From Clostridia bacterium (GTDB taxonomy: Bacteria; Bacillota; Clostridia; Oscillospirales; SIG627): 55,615 bases of DNA. The notes beneath the pieces are model-generated. The model was not told the origin of the DNA, made no database searches, and saw only the letters and a list, made by a program, of their open reading frames with translations. The translations under genes were made by a program, and so were the position numbers. Of this stretch, positions 10,014 to 17,563 are shown one piece after another (the first letter of the stretch is position 1; each line of letters opens with the position of its first letter). The stretch covers positions 1 through 55,615 of the forward strand of contig JAFTEP010000149.1 of the NCBI GenBank assembly GCA_017453605.1, written 5' to 3'.

Positions 10014-10565
10014 TCACCGATTCAGTTTTTTCATCATCCAGTGAGAGTCGGCGTAGGTGCCGTCTTTATATTTCATATTATCGGGAAGCGTCCCGTAAAT
10101 TTTGAACCCGAGTTTTTCATACAGAGCGATCGCGCGTTCGTTCCCGGCGACGACCTCAAGCTCAGCCTGCTCGTAACCGGTCTGCGCCGCGACGCCGAGA
10201 ACTGCTTCGAGCATGATCTTTCCTATCCCTCTGCCGCAGAATTCCTCATATAAAGCGATCCCGACCCGGCCTCTGTGTCTGTATCTTAGTCTTTCGGAAC
10301 CTCTGAGAGAACAGTTTCCTATATGTCTGCCGCCCGCGTACGCCACCAGCATAAGATCTCTTTCGGAGTCGTTCAGCTTTTGTATATACTCTTTTTCCTG
10401 CTCCTCGGTCAGCGTGATCTCTTCCGGCTCGCTGACAAGATACGGCGTCTGTGACGCGGTCTCACGGAGATATTTCAGCAGGTCCGCCGCGTCGTCCGCT
10501 TCGGCGTTTCTGAGAACGAACTCTTCCCCGTTCTTGTCTTTAAAACTCTTTGGCGCAAATTTCAT
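10014..10565 (-). CDS. GNAT family N-acetyltransferase (RimJ/RimL-like)
   Basis: Start set at ATG 10565 (CAGGAGA RBS). CGRGIGKIMLEAVL motif A. Confidence 0.8.
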   Translation of the reverse strand: MKFAPKSFKDKNGEEFVLRNAEADDAADLLKYLRETASQTPYLVSEPEEITLTEEQEKEYIQKLNDSERDLMLVAYAGGRHIGNCSLRGSERLRYRHRGRVGIALYEEFCGRGIGKIMLEAVLGVAAQTGYEQAELEVVAGNERAIALYEKLGFKIYGTLPDNMKYKDGTYADSHWMMKKLNR

Positions 10566-10617
10566 ATACGTTCTCCTGTAGGTGATCGGGCGGTACATTT
10601 GTTATATTTGATAAAAA

Positions 10618-10932
10618 TCAACATCTTGGTGGGCAAAAGTCTATTTTCCATTCATCAAAACTGATCCCGCCTATTTGTAATATAACGATCTCAGCCCATC
10701 TGTCTTTGATGGATTTACCGTCAAATATCGGTGCCTCAAAGAGTTCTTTTGCGGTTTTGCACTCCCAACCGTTTTCAACGTCACAATAACCCGCCCAATA
10801 CGGAGAGTCGTATTGAGGCAAGTATCCGATAAAATGCTCAACTTCATTCGGATCGGTTTTGAAATAGAAAGAGGTTTCATCAATATTGTGATGTTTATTG
10901 TCAAACAAGTTAAAAAGTGTTTCGTAATCCAT
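10618..10932 (-). CDS. Hypothetical protein in AT-rich DNA
   Basis: 104 aa. The RBS GGAGAT lies inside the last codons of the displaced rlmD tail. Composition is clearly more AT-rich than neighbouring genes. No motif recognised. Confidence 0.5.
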   Translation of the reverse strand: MDYETLFNLFDNKHHNIDETSFYFKTDPNEVEHFIGYLPQYDSPYWAGYCDVENGWECKTAKELFEAPIFDGKSIKDRWAEIVILQIGGISFDEWKIDFCPPRC

Positions 10933-10937
10933 AACGA

Positions 10938-11090
10938 TTATATCTCCTTCTTTCCGAACTCTTCATCCGTCCATGTAAACGCCAGATGATCGTCGATATT
11001 TTTCCGACTTAAAAGGACAACGGTCTCGACGTTTCCCGTGCGGGGAAACATATCGAACAGCAGCGCCGTTTTCGTGACAAATCCGCTCGG
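10938..11090 (-). pseudogene. Displaced 3'-terminal fragment of an rlmD/rumA allele
   Basis: Hand translation gives GFVTKTALLFDMFPRTGNVETVVLLSRKNIDDHLAFTWTDEEFGKKEI*. Bases 11021..11090 repeat the 3' end of the intact rlmD (11737..11808), with about 5 substitutions and one 2-nt indel. Confidence 0.7.
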
Positions 11091-11680
11091 ATGCAATTAT
11101 CGAGAGCGTTTCTGCTCAAACCCTCTTCAACAGTGCGCTTTATATAGAATAAAGCTTCTTCGACGGTTTTACACTTTGTGATAATTAAAATATGATGTCC
11201 CCAAGGAACATAACCAAAAGCATACGGAAAAGAAATTTCTCCAACAACTTGTTGGACTTTTTCTTTGTTTATCTCCATTCCAATTTGACGTAATCTGGAA
11301 GCATCAATCAATGATTTTTCTCCAACAATTTGTTGGATTTTTTTATCATCCAACAAATCATTATAAAACTGATACCATTTTTTCATATACCATAGATTAG
11401 AAGTACTGAACCCTTTTACTTCCGGAAATTCCGCCTGAAGATCGAGGCTTACCTGCTCAACGACACCTTTCCCCCATTTTTCCTCGGCGCGTTTTGTTAC
11501 AAGATCACGCCCGAGCTGCCAGTTAAAGAGAAGCTGTTCGGAGTTCACTTTAACGGCGGCTTTTATCTGAGCGCTGCGAAAACGCAGTTTGATTTCGTTT
11601 ATCCACTGAGCGTATTCTTTGTCGAGTGCAACGTCGTGTGAACTCACTGCTCTCGGTTTTCCGTTCAACAAATCTCCCAT
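11009..11680 (-). pseudogene. Truncated YhcG/DUF1016-family gene (N-terminal domain only; PD-(D/E)XK nuclease domain missing)
   Basis: EYAQWINEIK...SNLWYMKKWYQFY...FYIKRTVEEGLSRNALDNCIRADL matches DUF1016 N-terminal regions. Homology stops at about 11095. The last ~28 codons read out-of-frame through the rlmD fragment. Confidence 0.6.
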
Positions 11681-11707
11681 ATAAACCGATCCTCACTATG
11701 TGAATAA

Positions 11708-13054
11708 TTATTCTTTGTTTCTTAACAGCACAGCCGCCGTCTCCACGTTTCCCGTGCGGGGGAACATATCAAACAGCAGCGCCGTTTTCGTGACAAATCC
11801 GCGCTCCGCGAAGTGGGCGAGGTCTCTTGAGAGGGTCGCGGGATTGCATGAAACGTAGGCGAGGCGGTCGACGGAGGTTTTTGCGATCAGGTCGATGAAC
11901 TCATTCGTCGTGCCCTTGCGGGGCGGGTCGATGACGGCGGCGGTCGGCGAAAAATCGAGATCTTCAATCGCTTCTTTCGCGTCGGCGCAGATAAAGCGCG
12001 CATTTGTTATGCCGTTTGCGGCGGCGTTGCGGCGCGCGTTCTCAACGGCGTCCGGGACGACCTCTATCCCCACGACTTCCCTCACGCTGTCCGCCATAGT
12101 GAGACCTATAGTCCCCGTGCCGCAGTAGAAATCGGCGAGCACGTCGTCCGGGCGCAGGGCGAGAAGGTCTTTTGCGGCGGCGTAGAGTTCTTCGGCGCAG
12201 GCGCGGTTTACCTGATAAAAGCTCAGCGGCGATATCTCGAATTTCAGTTTTAAAAGCGTGTCCGTCAGCACCGCTTCTCCCGCGAGAAGGACGCATTTTT
12301 CGCCGAGGATCACGTTGTCGGGTCTCGGCTGAACGTTCAAAAACACGCTTTTTGCGCCGAACGAGAGAGCGAAAGAAACAAACTTTTCTTTCGGGAAGCC
12401 CTCTTCGCGTCTCAGGACCGCGCAGATCATCGTTTCTCCCCGGGCGTTTGTCCTGAGATACAAGTGCCTCGCCGTGCCGTTCGACGTCGTTTCGTCGTAG
12501 GGCTGAACGCCGTTTTCGTTGAGGAATTTTTCAAAGCCGTGCGCGATATCCGAAAAGAGGGGCGGCATGAGAGAGCAGACTCCGAACGGAACCGAGCGGT
12601 GCGAATTTTCGGCGTAGAAGCCGCAGAACGCCTCGCCCGTGCGCGATCTCGCGACGGGGATCAGCGCCTTGTTCCTGTAGCCCTCCGTCAGTGTCTTCTC
12701 CGGGAGCGGAACGACGAGCGAAGGATCGAGGGACGCCTTTCTGAACTCCGAGCGCACGTATTCCGTCTTGATCCTCGCCTCTTCGGCGTAGTCGAGGCTC
12801 GCGAAGGCGCAGCCTCCGCAGGCGGGATAAGCCCCGCATTTCGCCTCGCGTCGTGACGGGGACTTTTTCTTTATCTCTTTCCACTTCCCGACGCAGTACG
12901 CGGCGGCGGATTTTATCACCGTTATCTCTCCGAAGTCGCCCGGAAGCGCGTTCTTGACAAAGCACACCTTGCCGTCGATCCGGCAGACCCCGCAGCCGAG
13001 CATATTGACGTCGTCTATCGTCACGTCGAACACGCTGTTTTTTTCGGGAAACAT
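11708..13054 (-). CDS. rlmD: 23S rRNA (uracil-C5)-methyltransferase RlmD/RumA
   Basis: Start set at ATG 13054 (the upstream stop is 1 nt away). TRAM-like N-terminus, Fe-S cysteines CGAYPACGGCAF, SAM motif DFYCGTGTIG, and DPPRKG. Confidence 0.9.
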   Translation of the reverse strand: MFPEKNSVFDVTIDDVNMLGCGVCRIDGKVCFVKNALPGDFGEITVIKSAAAYCVGKWKEIKKKSPSRREAKCGAYPACGGCAFASLDYAEEARIKTEYVRSEFRKASLDPSLVVPLPEKTLTEGYRNKALIPVARSRTGEAFCGFYAENSHRSVPFGVCSLMPPLFSDIAHGFEKFLNENGVQPYDETTSNGTARHLYLRTNARGETMICAVLRREEGFPKEKFVSFALSFGAKSVFLNVQPRPDNVILGEKCVLLAGEAVLTDTLLKLKFEISPLSFYQVNRACAEELYAAAKDLLALRPDDVLADFYCGTGTIGLTMADSVREVVGIEVVPDAVENARRNAAANGITNARFICADAKEAIEDLDFSPTAAVIDPPRKGTTNEFIDLIAKTSVDRLAYVSCNPATLSRDLAHFAERGFVTKTALLFDMFPRTGNVETAAVLLRNKE

Positions 13055-13055
13055 T

Positions 13056-14081
13056 TCAGTCCTCCGTATAGACCCAGCGGCGCTGGATCGCGAAGCTGAC
13101 AAAGAACAAAGTCACGTCGACCAGGATCTTCCAGACCGTGTCGTGAAGCGGCAGGAGCGACAGGAGCGACACGAGGAAGGCGCTCGTGAACATCTGCGCG
13201 ACGAATAAAAGCGCGTACTTGAAGAGCTGTTTTTTGGTATCGCCCTTTTTATTGAAGCTCCATTTTTTGTTCAGCGTGAAATTCATCACTCCCGACACGA
13301 GCCTCGCGCAGACCGTCGCCGCAACGATGCGGTGCGGGTAAGCGCCGAGCAGGGAGTCGATGAGAGTGAAAAGCCCCAGATCCGCGACCGAACAGATCAT
13401 AGAGGACGCAGCGAACCTCAGCGGCTTTTTGTAGATCCTCAGGCTGTCCCTGACCGGGCGGAAGTGAGAGGTCGTGTTCCCCTTGTCGTAGACCGTCCCG
13501 ATCCGCACGCACTCGAACGGGATCTTTTTGTCCGCAAGATCGGTGAGAAAATTCATTTCGTATTCGTATCTGTCGCCCTCGGACAGCAAAGCGGCTTCAA
13601 AAAGATCCGCGGGGATGCCTCTGAGGCCCGTCTGCGTGTCCGAGCAGCCGCGCCCGGTGAGAAGACGGAAGAACGCCGACGTCAGAAAATTCCCGAACTT
13701 CGATCTTGCCGGAACGCCCCTGCCGCGAAGGTCTCTCGTTCCGAGAACGAGCTTTCCCGGAGCGACAAGCTCCGCGACCTTCAGCACGTCCTCTGTGCGG
13801 TGCTGACCGTCCGCGTCGACGGTGACGATCCCGCCGCAATCGGGCATTTTGTCTCTGACGAACGCGATCCCGGTCTTGATCGCGGCGCCTTTCCCGCGGT
13901 TTTTTTCGTGATGAAGCACGGTGCAGCCGTTTCTTTCGGCTTCACAAAAGATCTCCGCCCGGTCCGCGTCGCTCCCGTCGTCCACGACGACGATCTTTGC
14001 GTCGGTCGCTTCGTTCAGATCGGCGATCAGTTTATTCAGTTTTTCGTCCGGCTGATAGGCCGGGATCAGGATCACAAGCAT
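13056..14081 (-). CDS. Bifunctional glycosyltransferase family 2 / GtrA-like membrane domain protein
   Basis: LVILIPAYQPDEKL...VVVDDGSD...VTVDADGQH (GT2), followed by four C-terminal hydrophobic helices (GtrA-like). An alternative GTG start at 14126 is possible. Confidence 0.8.
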   Translation of the reverse strand: MLVILIPAYQPDEKLNKLIADLNEATDAKIVVVDDGSDADRAEIFCEAERNGCTVLHHEKNRGKGAAIKTGIAFVRDKMPDCGGIVTVDADGQHRTEDVLKVAELVAPGKLVLGTRDLRGRGVPARSKFGNFLTSAFFRLLTGRGCSDTQTGLRGIPADLFEAALLSEGDRYEYEMNFLTDLADKKIPFECVRIGTVYDKGNTTSHFRPVRDSLRIYKKPLRFAASSMICSVADLGLFTLIDSLLGAYPHRIVAATVCARLVSGVMNFTLNKKWSFNKKGDTKKQLFKYALLFVAQMFTSAFLVSLLSLLPLHDTVWKILVDVTLFFVSFAIQRRWVYTED

Positions 14082-14246
14082 TTTTTCCGGCGTCCCTTCG
14101 CCGCAAGTCGGTTTTGTGTATAACACTACAGTTTAATTATACACTTTTTTCCTCTCCAAGTCAAGACGCGACATGATCTTATGCCGAAAACCTGCCTGGC
14201 GGGAGCGGCGGTAACAAAATGTTTACAAATTATTTATGCCCCCCCC

Positions 14247-14275
14247 TTGACTTGCCCGTTTTCATTTACTAAAAT
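14247..14275 (+). promoter_or_regulatory. Sigma-70-type promoter for the acyltransferase gene
   Basis: TTGACT, 17 nt, TAAAAT, about 60 nt upstream of the GTG start. Confidence 0.6.
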
Positions 14276-14335
14276 CTATTTATGGGCAAAATTTACAAAT
14301 TTTTACCCGAAAGAGATAAAACGGAGGGCTGAGCG

Positions 14336-15523
14336 GTGAAAAAACAGCGGAGCGCGTCGCTCGATATAGTCAGGATCATCGCGTTTCTTTTGGTCGTCAG
14401 CGTCCATTCGATGCTCAACGGCGGCTTTTACTACCAGCAGATACTCGAGCCGAAAATGATAATCATGACCTCCCTCAGAGCGATCTTCATGTGCTGCGTG
14501 CCGCTGTTCATGGTGATCTCGGGCTATCTGTCGCTGAACAAAAAGGTCGAAAAGAAGTTCTATTACCGCATAATAAGGGTCGTCTTCGTCTATTTCTTCT
14601 CCAGCCTTTTCTGCGAGCTTTTCAGGGTGTTTTTCCAGAACAACTCCTTTGATTTCGGCCAATTCCTCCTCGACGTCCTCGCGTTCAAAGCCGCTCCGTA
14701 TTCGTGGTATATCCACATGTATCTCGGGCTCTTCTTGCTCTTCCCGTTCTTCAACGCCTGCTGGAAGGGACTTGAGGACGGGCCGAATGACCAGAGCGAG
14801 CCAGAACCGAAAAAGAACGGCTGGGACGCGGCGAAGAAAAAAAGAGCCGTTCTCGTGTTCTCGCTCCTCGCGCTCACGGCTCTCCCCTCGCTCGTCAACA
14901 CCTACGATCTTGTCACCGAGGGCTGGTGGGACGTTCCCGCCTCCTCGTCCGACTACACTCAGCTCATCCCGCAGTGGTGGGTCGCGATCTATCCGATCAG
15001 CTATTATTTCATCGGCGCGTGGTTCAGGACCTATCCTCCGAAGATGCGGCCGATCCAGTACGCCCTGCTGACAATAAACTTTTCTCTCCTCTTCGGCTTC
15101 TACGACTACTACCGCAGCCGCGGCGCGAACTTCGTCTGGGCGGCGTTCAACGAGCATTACAGCTTCCAGAGCGTGATCCTGACCTGGGTCATCTTCGCGT
15201 TCTGGCTCTCCCTCCCCTGCGACCGGCTCCCGAAACCGATCCGCTCTGTCCTCGGCTTCGTCTCCGACCTGACTCTCGGCGCTTATCTGACCTCGTGGAT
15301 CTTCGATCAGGTCGTCTACAAGAAGCTCGAACAGCGATTCCCGTACCCTGATATTCCCGCGAGATTCGTGTATTATCCCCTCTGCATAGCCGTATCGGCT
15401 CTCGGGGCTCTCGCGGCCTCCGCCGTTATCTGGGTCCTCTGGAAGGGCGCGGAGGCCGGAACGGGCGCGCTGATAAGGCTGATAAAGAAAAAGTTACCGC
15501 AAAAAAAGAACGCGGAGGAATGA
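14336..15523 (+). CDS. Acyltransferase family 3 (membrane O-acyltransferase)
   Basis: 395 aa, about 10 hydrophobic helices. The N-terminal LDIVRIIAFLLVVSVH pattern is typical of Acyl_transf_3. GGAGGG RBS with a GTG start. Confidence 0.8.
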   Translation: MKKQRSASLDIVRIIAFLLVVSVHSMLNGGFYYQQILEPKMIIMTSLRAIFMCCVPLFMVISGYLSLNKKVEKKFYYRIIRVVFVYFFSSLFCELFRVFFQNNSFDFGQFLLDVLAFKAAPYSWYIHMYLGLFLLFPFFNACWKGLEDGPNDQSEPEPKKNGWDAAKKKRAVLVFSLLALTALPSLVNTYDLVTEGWWDVPASSSDYTQLIPQWWVAIYPISYYFIGAWFRTYPPKMRPIQYALLTINFSLLFGFYDYYRSRGANFVWAAFNEHYSFQSVILTWVIFAFWLSLPCDRLPKPIRSVLGFVSDLTLGAYLTSWIFDQVVYKKLEQRFPYPDIPARFVYYPLCIAVSALGALAASAVIWVLWKGAEAGTGALIRLIKKKLPQKKNAEE

Positions 15524-15544
15524 TTCCCCGCATATAACGGATCG

Positions 15545-15581
15545 CGCCGGCTCATTTTCCGTGAGCCGGCGTCGGTTTTTT
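15545..15581 (+). terminator. Rho-independent terminator
   Basis: Stem CGCCGGCTCA / TGAGCCGGCG, 7-nt loop, then TCGGTTTTTT. Confidence 0.8.
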
Positions 15582-15582
15582 C

Positions 15583-16017
15583 TCAGCCGTTTTCTTCGGC
15601 GAGCAGTTTATACAGAAGTCTGTAGAGAGCCGCCGCATCGTCCTTTTCGAGCCTGAAGCAGCCGGCGACCTTCGCGGGAACGCTTTTCGCCTTTTCTTTG
15701 AGCTTTTCGCCGTCATTCGTGATCTCGACCATCAGCACCCTTTCGTCCTCTGCGCACCTCTCGCGGTGGACGTAGCCCTTGGTTTCGAGGCTTTTCAGAA
15801 CGGGAGTGAGAGTGCCGCTGTCAAGATATAGGCGCTTTCCGAGCTCCTTGACGCTGATCTTCTTCTCCGCCCAGAAGACCATCATCGCGATGTACTGGGT
15901 GTAGGTCAGACCGAGGGCGTCCAGGAATGGGCGGTAGCGCTTTATGACCTCGCGAGAGGCGGCGTAAAGCGGGAAACAGAGCTGATTTTCAAGCCTGAGA
16001 GAAGCGTATTCGTCCAT
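15583..16017 (-). CDS. MarR family transcriptional regulator
   Basis: 144 aa. Winged-helix region LTYTQYIAMMVFWAEKKISVKELGKRLYLDSGTLTPVLKSLETKGYV. Confidence 0.85.
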   Translation of the reverse strand: MDEYASLRLENQLCFPLYAASREVIKRYRPFLDALGLTYTQYIAMMVFWAEKKISVKELGKRLYLDSGTLTPVLKSLETKGYVHRERCAEDERVLMVEITNDGEKLKEKAKSVPAKVAGCFRLEKDDAAALYRLLYKLLAEENG

Positions 16018-16048
16018 AAAAACGACCTTCTTTTTCGTGTTTAAAGCG

Positions 16049-17149
16049 TCAGTTTGAATAGTCCGAATCGAGGATCGCGAAGAACTCGAAGTCCGGATAA
16101 CGCTCTTTCATCGCGGCGATTATCTCGTCACGCACTTTTTTCTGATCCGCGTTGAAGTCCATCACGAGATCGAAGTTGACCGACTTCTTTTCTACGTCTG
16201 TGTTGAACGCGTGAAGCTCCAGCACTTCTTTTCTCTTCCCGACCTCTTCTTCGAGCGCTTTTCTGATCCCGTCGGAAACGGGATCGGCGGCACAGGAGGA
16301 ATAGATGCCCACGGTCATGATGATCCCGAAGGTCTTGAAGACATCCATGCTTATCGCGCGGGTGACAGGATGGATCTCGCGCGCCGTCATATCGGCGGGC
16401 AGCTCGACGTGGACGGTGCCGACGGTGTTTGTCGGTCCGTAGTTGTGGAGGGTCAGATCGTAGACCCCGAGCACCTGCGGGAAAGAGGCGATGCGCTCCT
16501 TGATGCGGTCGGTCAGTTCCTTGTCGGCCCTCGTGCCGATGATGCTGCTGGCGGTCTCCGAAAGGATCCCGATACCGGAGCGGATGATGAACAGCGAGAT
16601 GATCGCGCCGAAGACTCCCTCGAGGTCCCATGATAAAAAGACGCTGAGAGCCGCGGCGACGAGAGTGCCGGCGGAAAGGACGGCGTCAAAGAACGCGTCG
16701 GTGCCGGAAGCCGTCAGCGCGCCGGAATTGAGCGCCTTGCCGGTCTTCTTGAAATAGAAACAGACGAACAGTTTCGCGGCGACCGCGGCGAAAATGATGA
16801 TGACGCCGTAGAGCTTATATTCCGCTCTCTGCGGAGAAACGATGCTCTTAACGGATTCCGTCAGGGAGCTTATGCCGGCAAACAGAACGATGACGCCGAT
16901 TATCGCGGACGTGATGTACTCCACCCGCCCGTGTCCGAACGGATGCTCCTTGTCGGGCGCCCTGCCGGAGATCGCGGTGCCGATGATCGTGATGACGGAC
17001 GACAGCGCGTCGGAGAGGTTGTTGACGGCGTCCATCACGATAGCGATGGAGCCGGAAACGAGCCCGACAGCCGCCTTGAACGCCGCGAGGATCAGATTGA
17101 CTCCGATCCCGATGACGCTCGTGCGGATGATTTTTTTTGATCTGTCCAA
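16049..17149 (-). CDS. Cation diffusion facilitator (CDF) family transporter
   Basis: 366 aa. Six TM helices plus a C-terminal cytoplasmic domain. MDAVNNLSDALSSV and HPFGHGRVEY motifs. TTG start. Confidence 0.85.
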   Translation of the reverse strand: MDRSKKIIRTSVIGIGVNLILAAFKAAVGLVSGSIAIVMDAVNNLSDALSSVITIIGTAISGRAPDKEHPFGHGRVEYITSAIIGVIVLFAGISSLTESVKSIVSPQRAEYKLYGVIIIFAAVAAKLFVCFYFKKTGKALNSGALTASGTDAFFDAVLSAGTLVAAALSVFLSWDLEGVFGAIISLFIIRSGIGILSETASSIIGTRADKELTDRIKERIASFPQVLGVYDLTLHNYGPTNTVGTVHVELPADMTAREIHPVTRAISMDVFKTFGIIMTVGIYSSCAADPVSDGIRKALEEEVGKRKEVLELHAFNTDVEKKSVNFDLVMDFNADQKKVRDEIIAAMKERYPDFEFFAILDSDYSN

Positions 17150-17182
17150 AAAATCGCCTTCTGTCGAAAAATTGCCGGAGGT

Positions 17183-17443
17183 TCAGTTCGCTTTCTGCTC
17201 GTCGTACGCCCTGCGGACCGCTCTGGCGAGCTGATCGGCGCAGGAGGTGGGCTTCATACCGCAGCGGTTGCCGAGAAGGTACTGCTCGATCTTTTCCACG
17301 GTCCAGCCGTCGACGAGCTTCGAGCTCGCCTTGAGGTTGCCGTTGCAGCCGCCGAAGAACTCGATGTTGGTGATGACATCTCCGTCTATGTCGAAGCTGA
17401 TGACCTGAGAGCAGGTGCCCTGCGTTTTGTAGTTGAAGCGCAT
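17183..17443 (-). CDS. TSCPD-domain protein (small TIGR03905-like family)
   Basis: 86 aa. KTQGTCSQVISFDIDGDVITNIEFFGGCNGNLK...GMKPTSCADQLA. GGAGG RBS. Confidence 0.8.
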   Translation of the reverse strand: MRFNYKTQGTCSQVISFDIDGDVITNIEFFGGCNGNLKASSKLVDGWTVEKIEQYLLGNRCGMKPTSCADQLARAVRRAYDEQKAN

Positions 17444-17520
17444 TTTTTGTTCCTCCGTTATTAAATAAGTATATGCGCGAAACGCGCGCTGAATGATTGC
17501 GTTAAATCAAATTATATACA

Positions 17521-17548
17521 ATTATATACAAAAACTAAAATTTGTCAA
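17521..17548 (-). promoter_or_regulatory. Candidate promoter for the TSCPD/CDF/MarR genes
   Basis: On the minus strand: TTGACA, 16 nt, TATAAT. The -10 box lies in a tandem ATTATATACA x2 duplication (17511..17530). Confidence 0.5.
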
Positions 17549-17563
17549 GCGCTGCGGGAAAAT

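Noticed and set aside
14303-15157. A 284-aa minus-strand ORF opposite the acyltransferase-3 gene.
   Set aside because: The plus-strand product has the expected ~10 TM helices and a GGAGGG RBS. The antisense product is charged low-complexity sequence.
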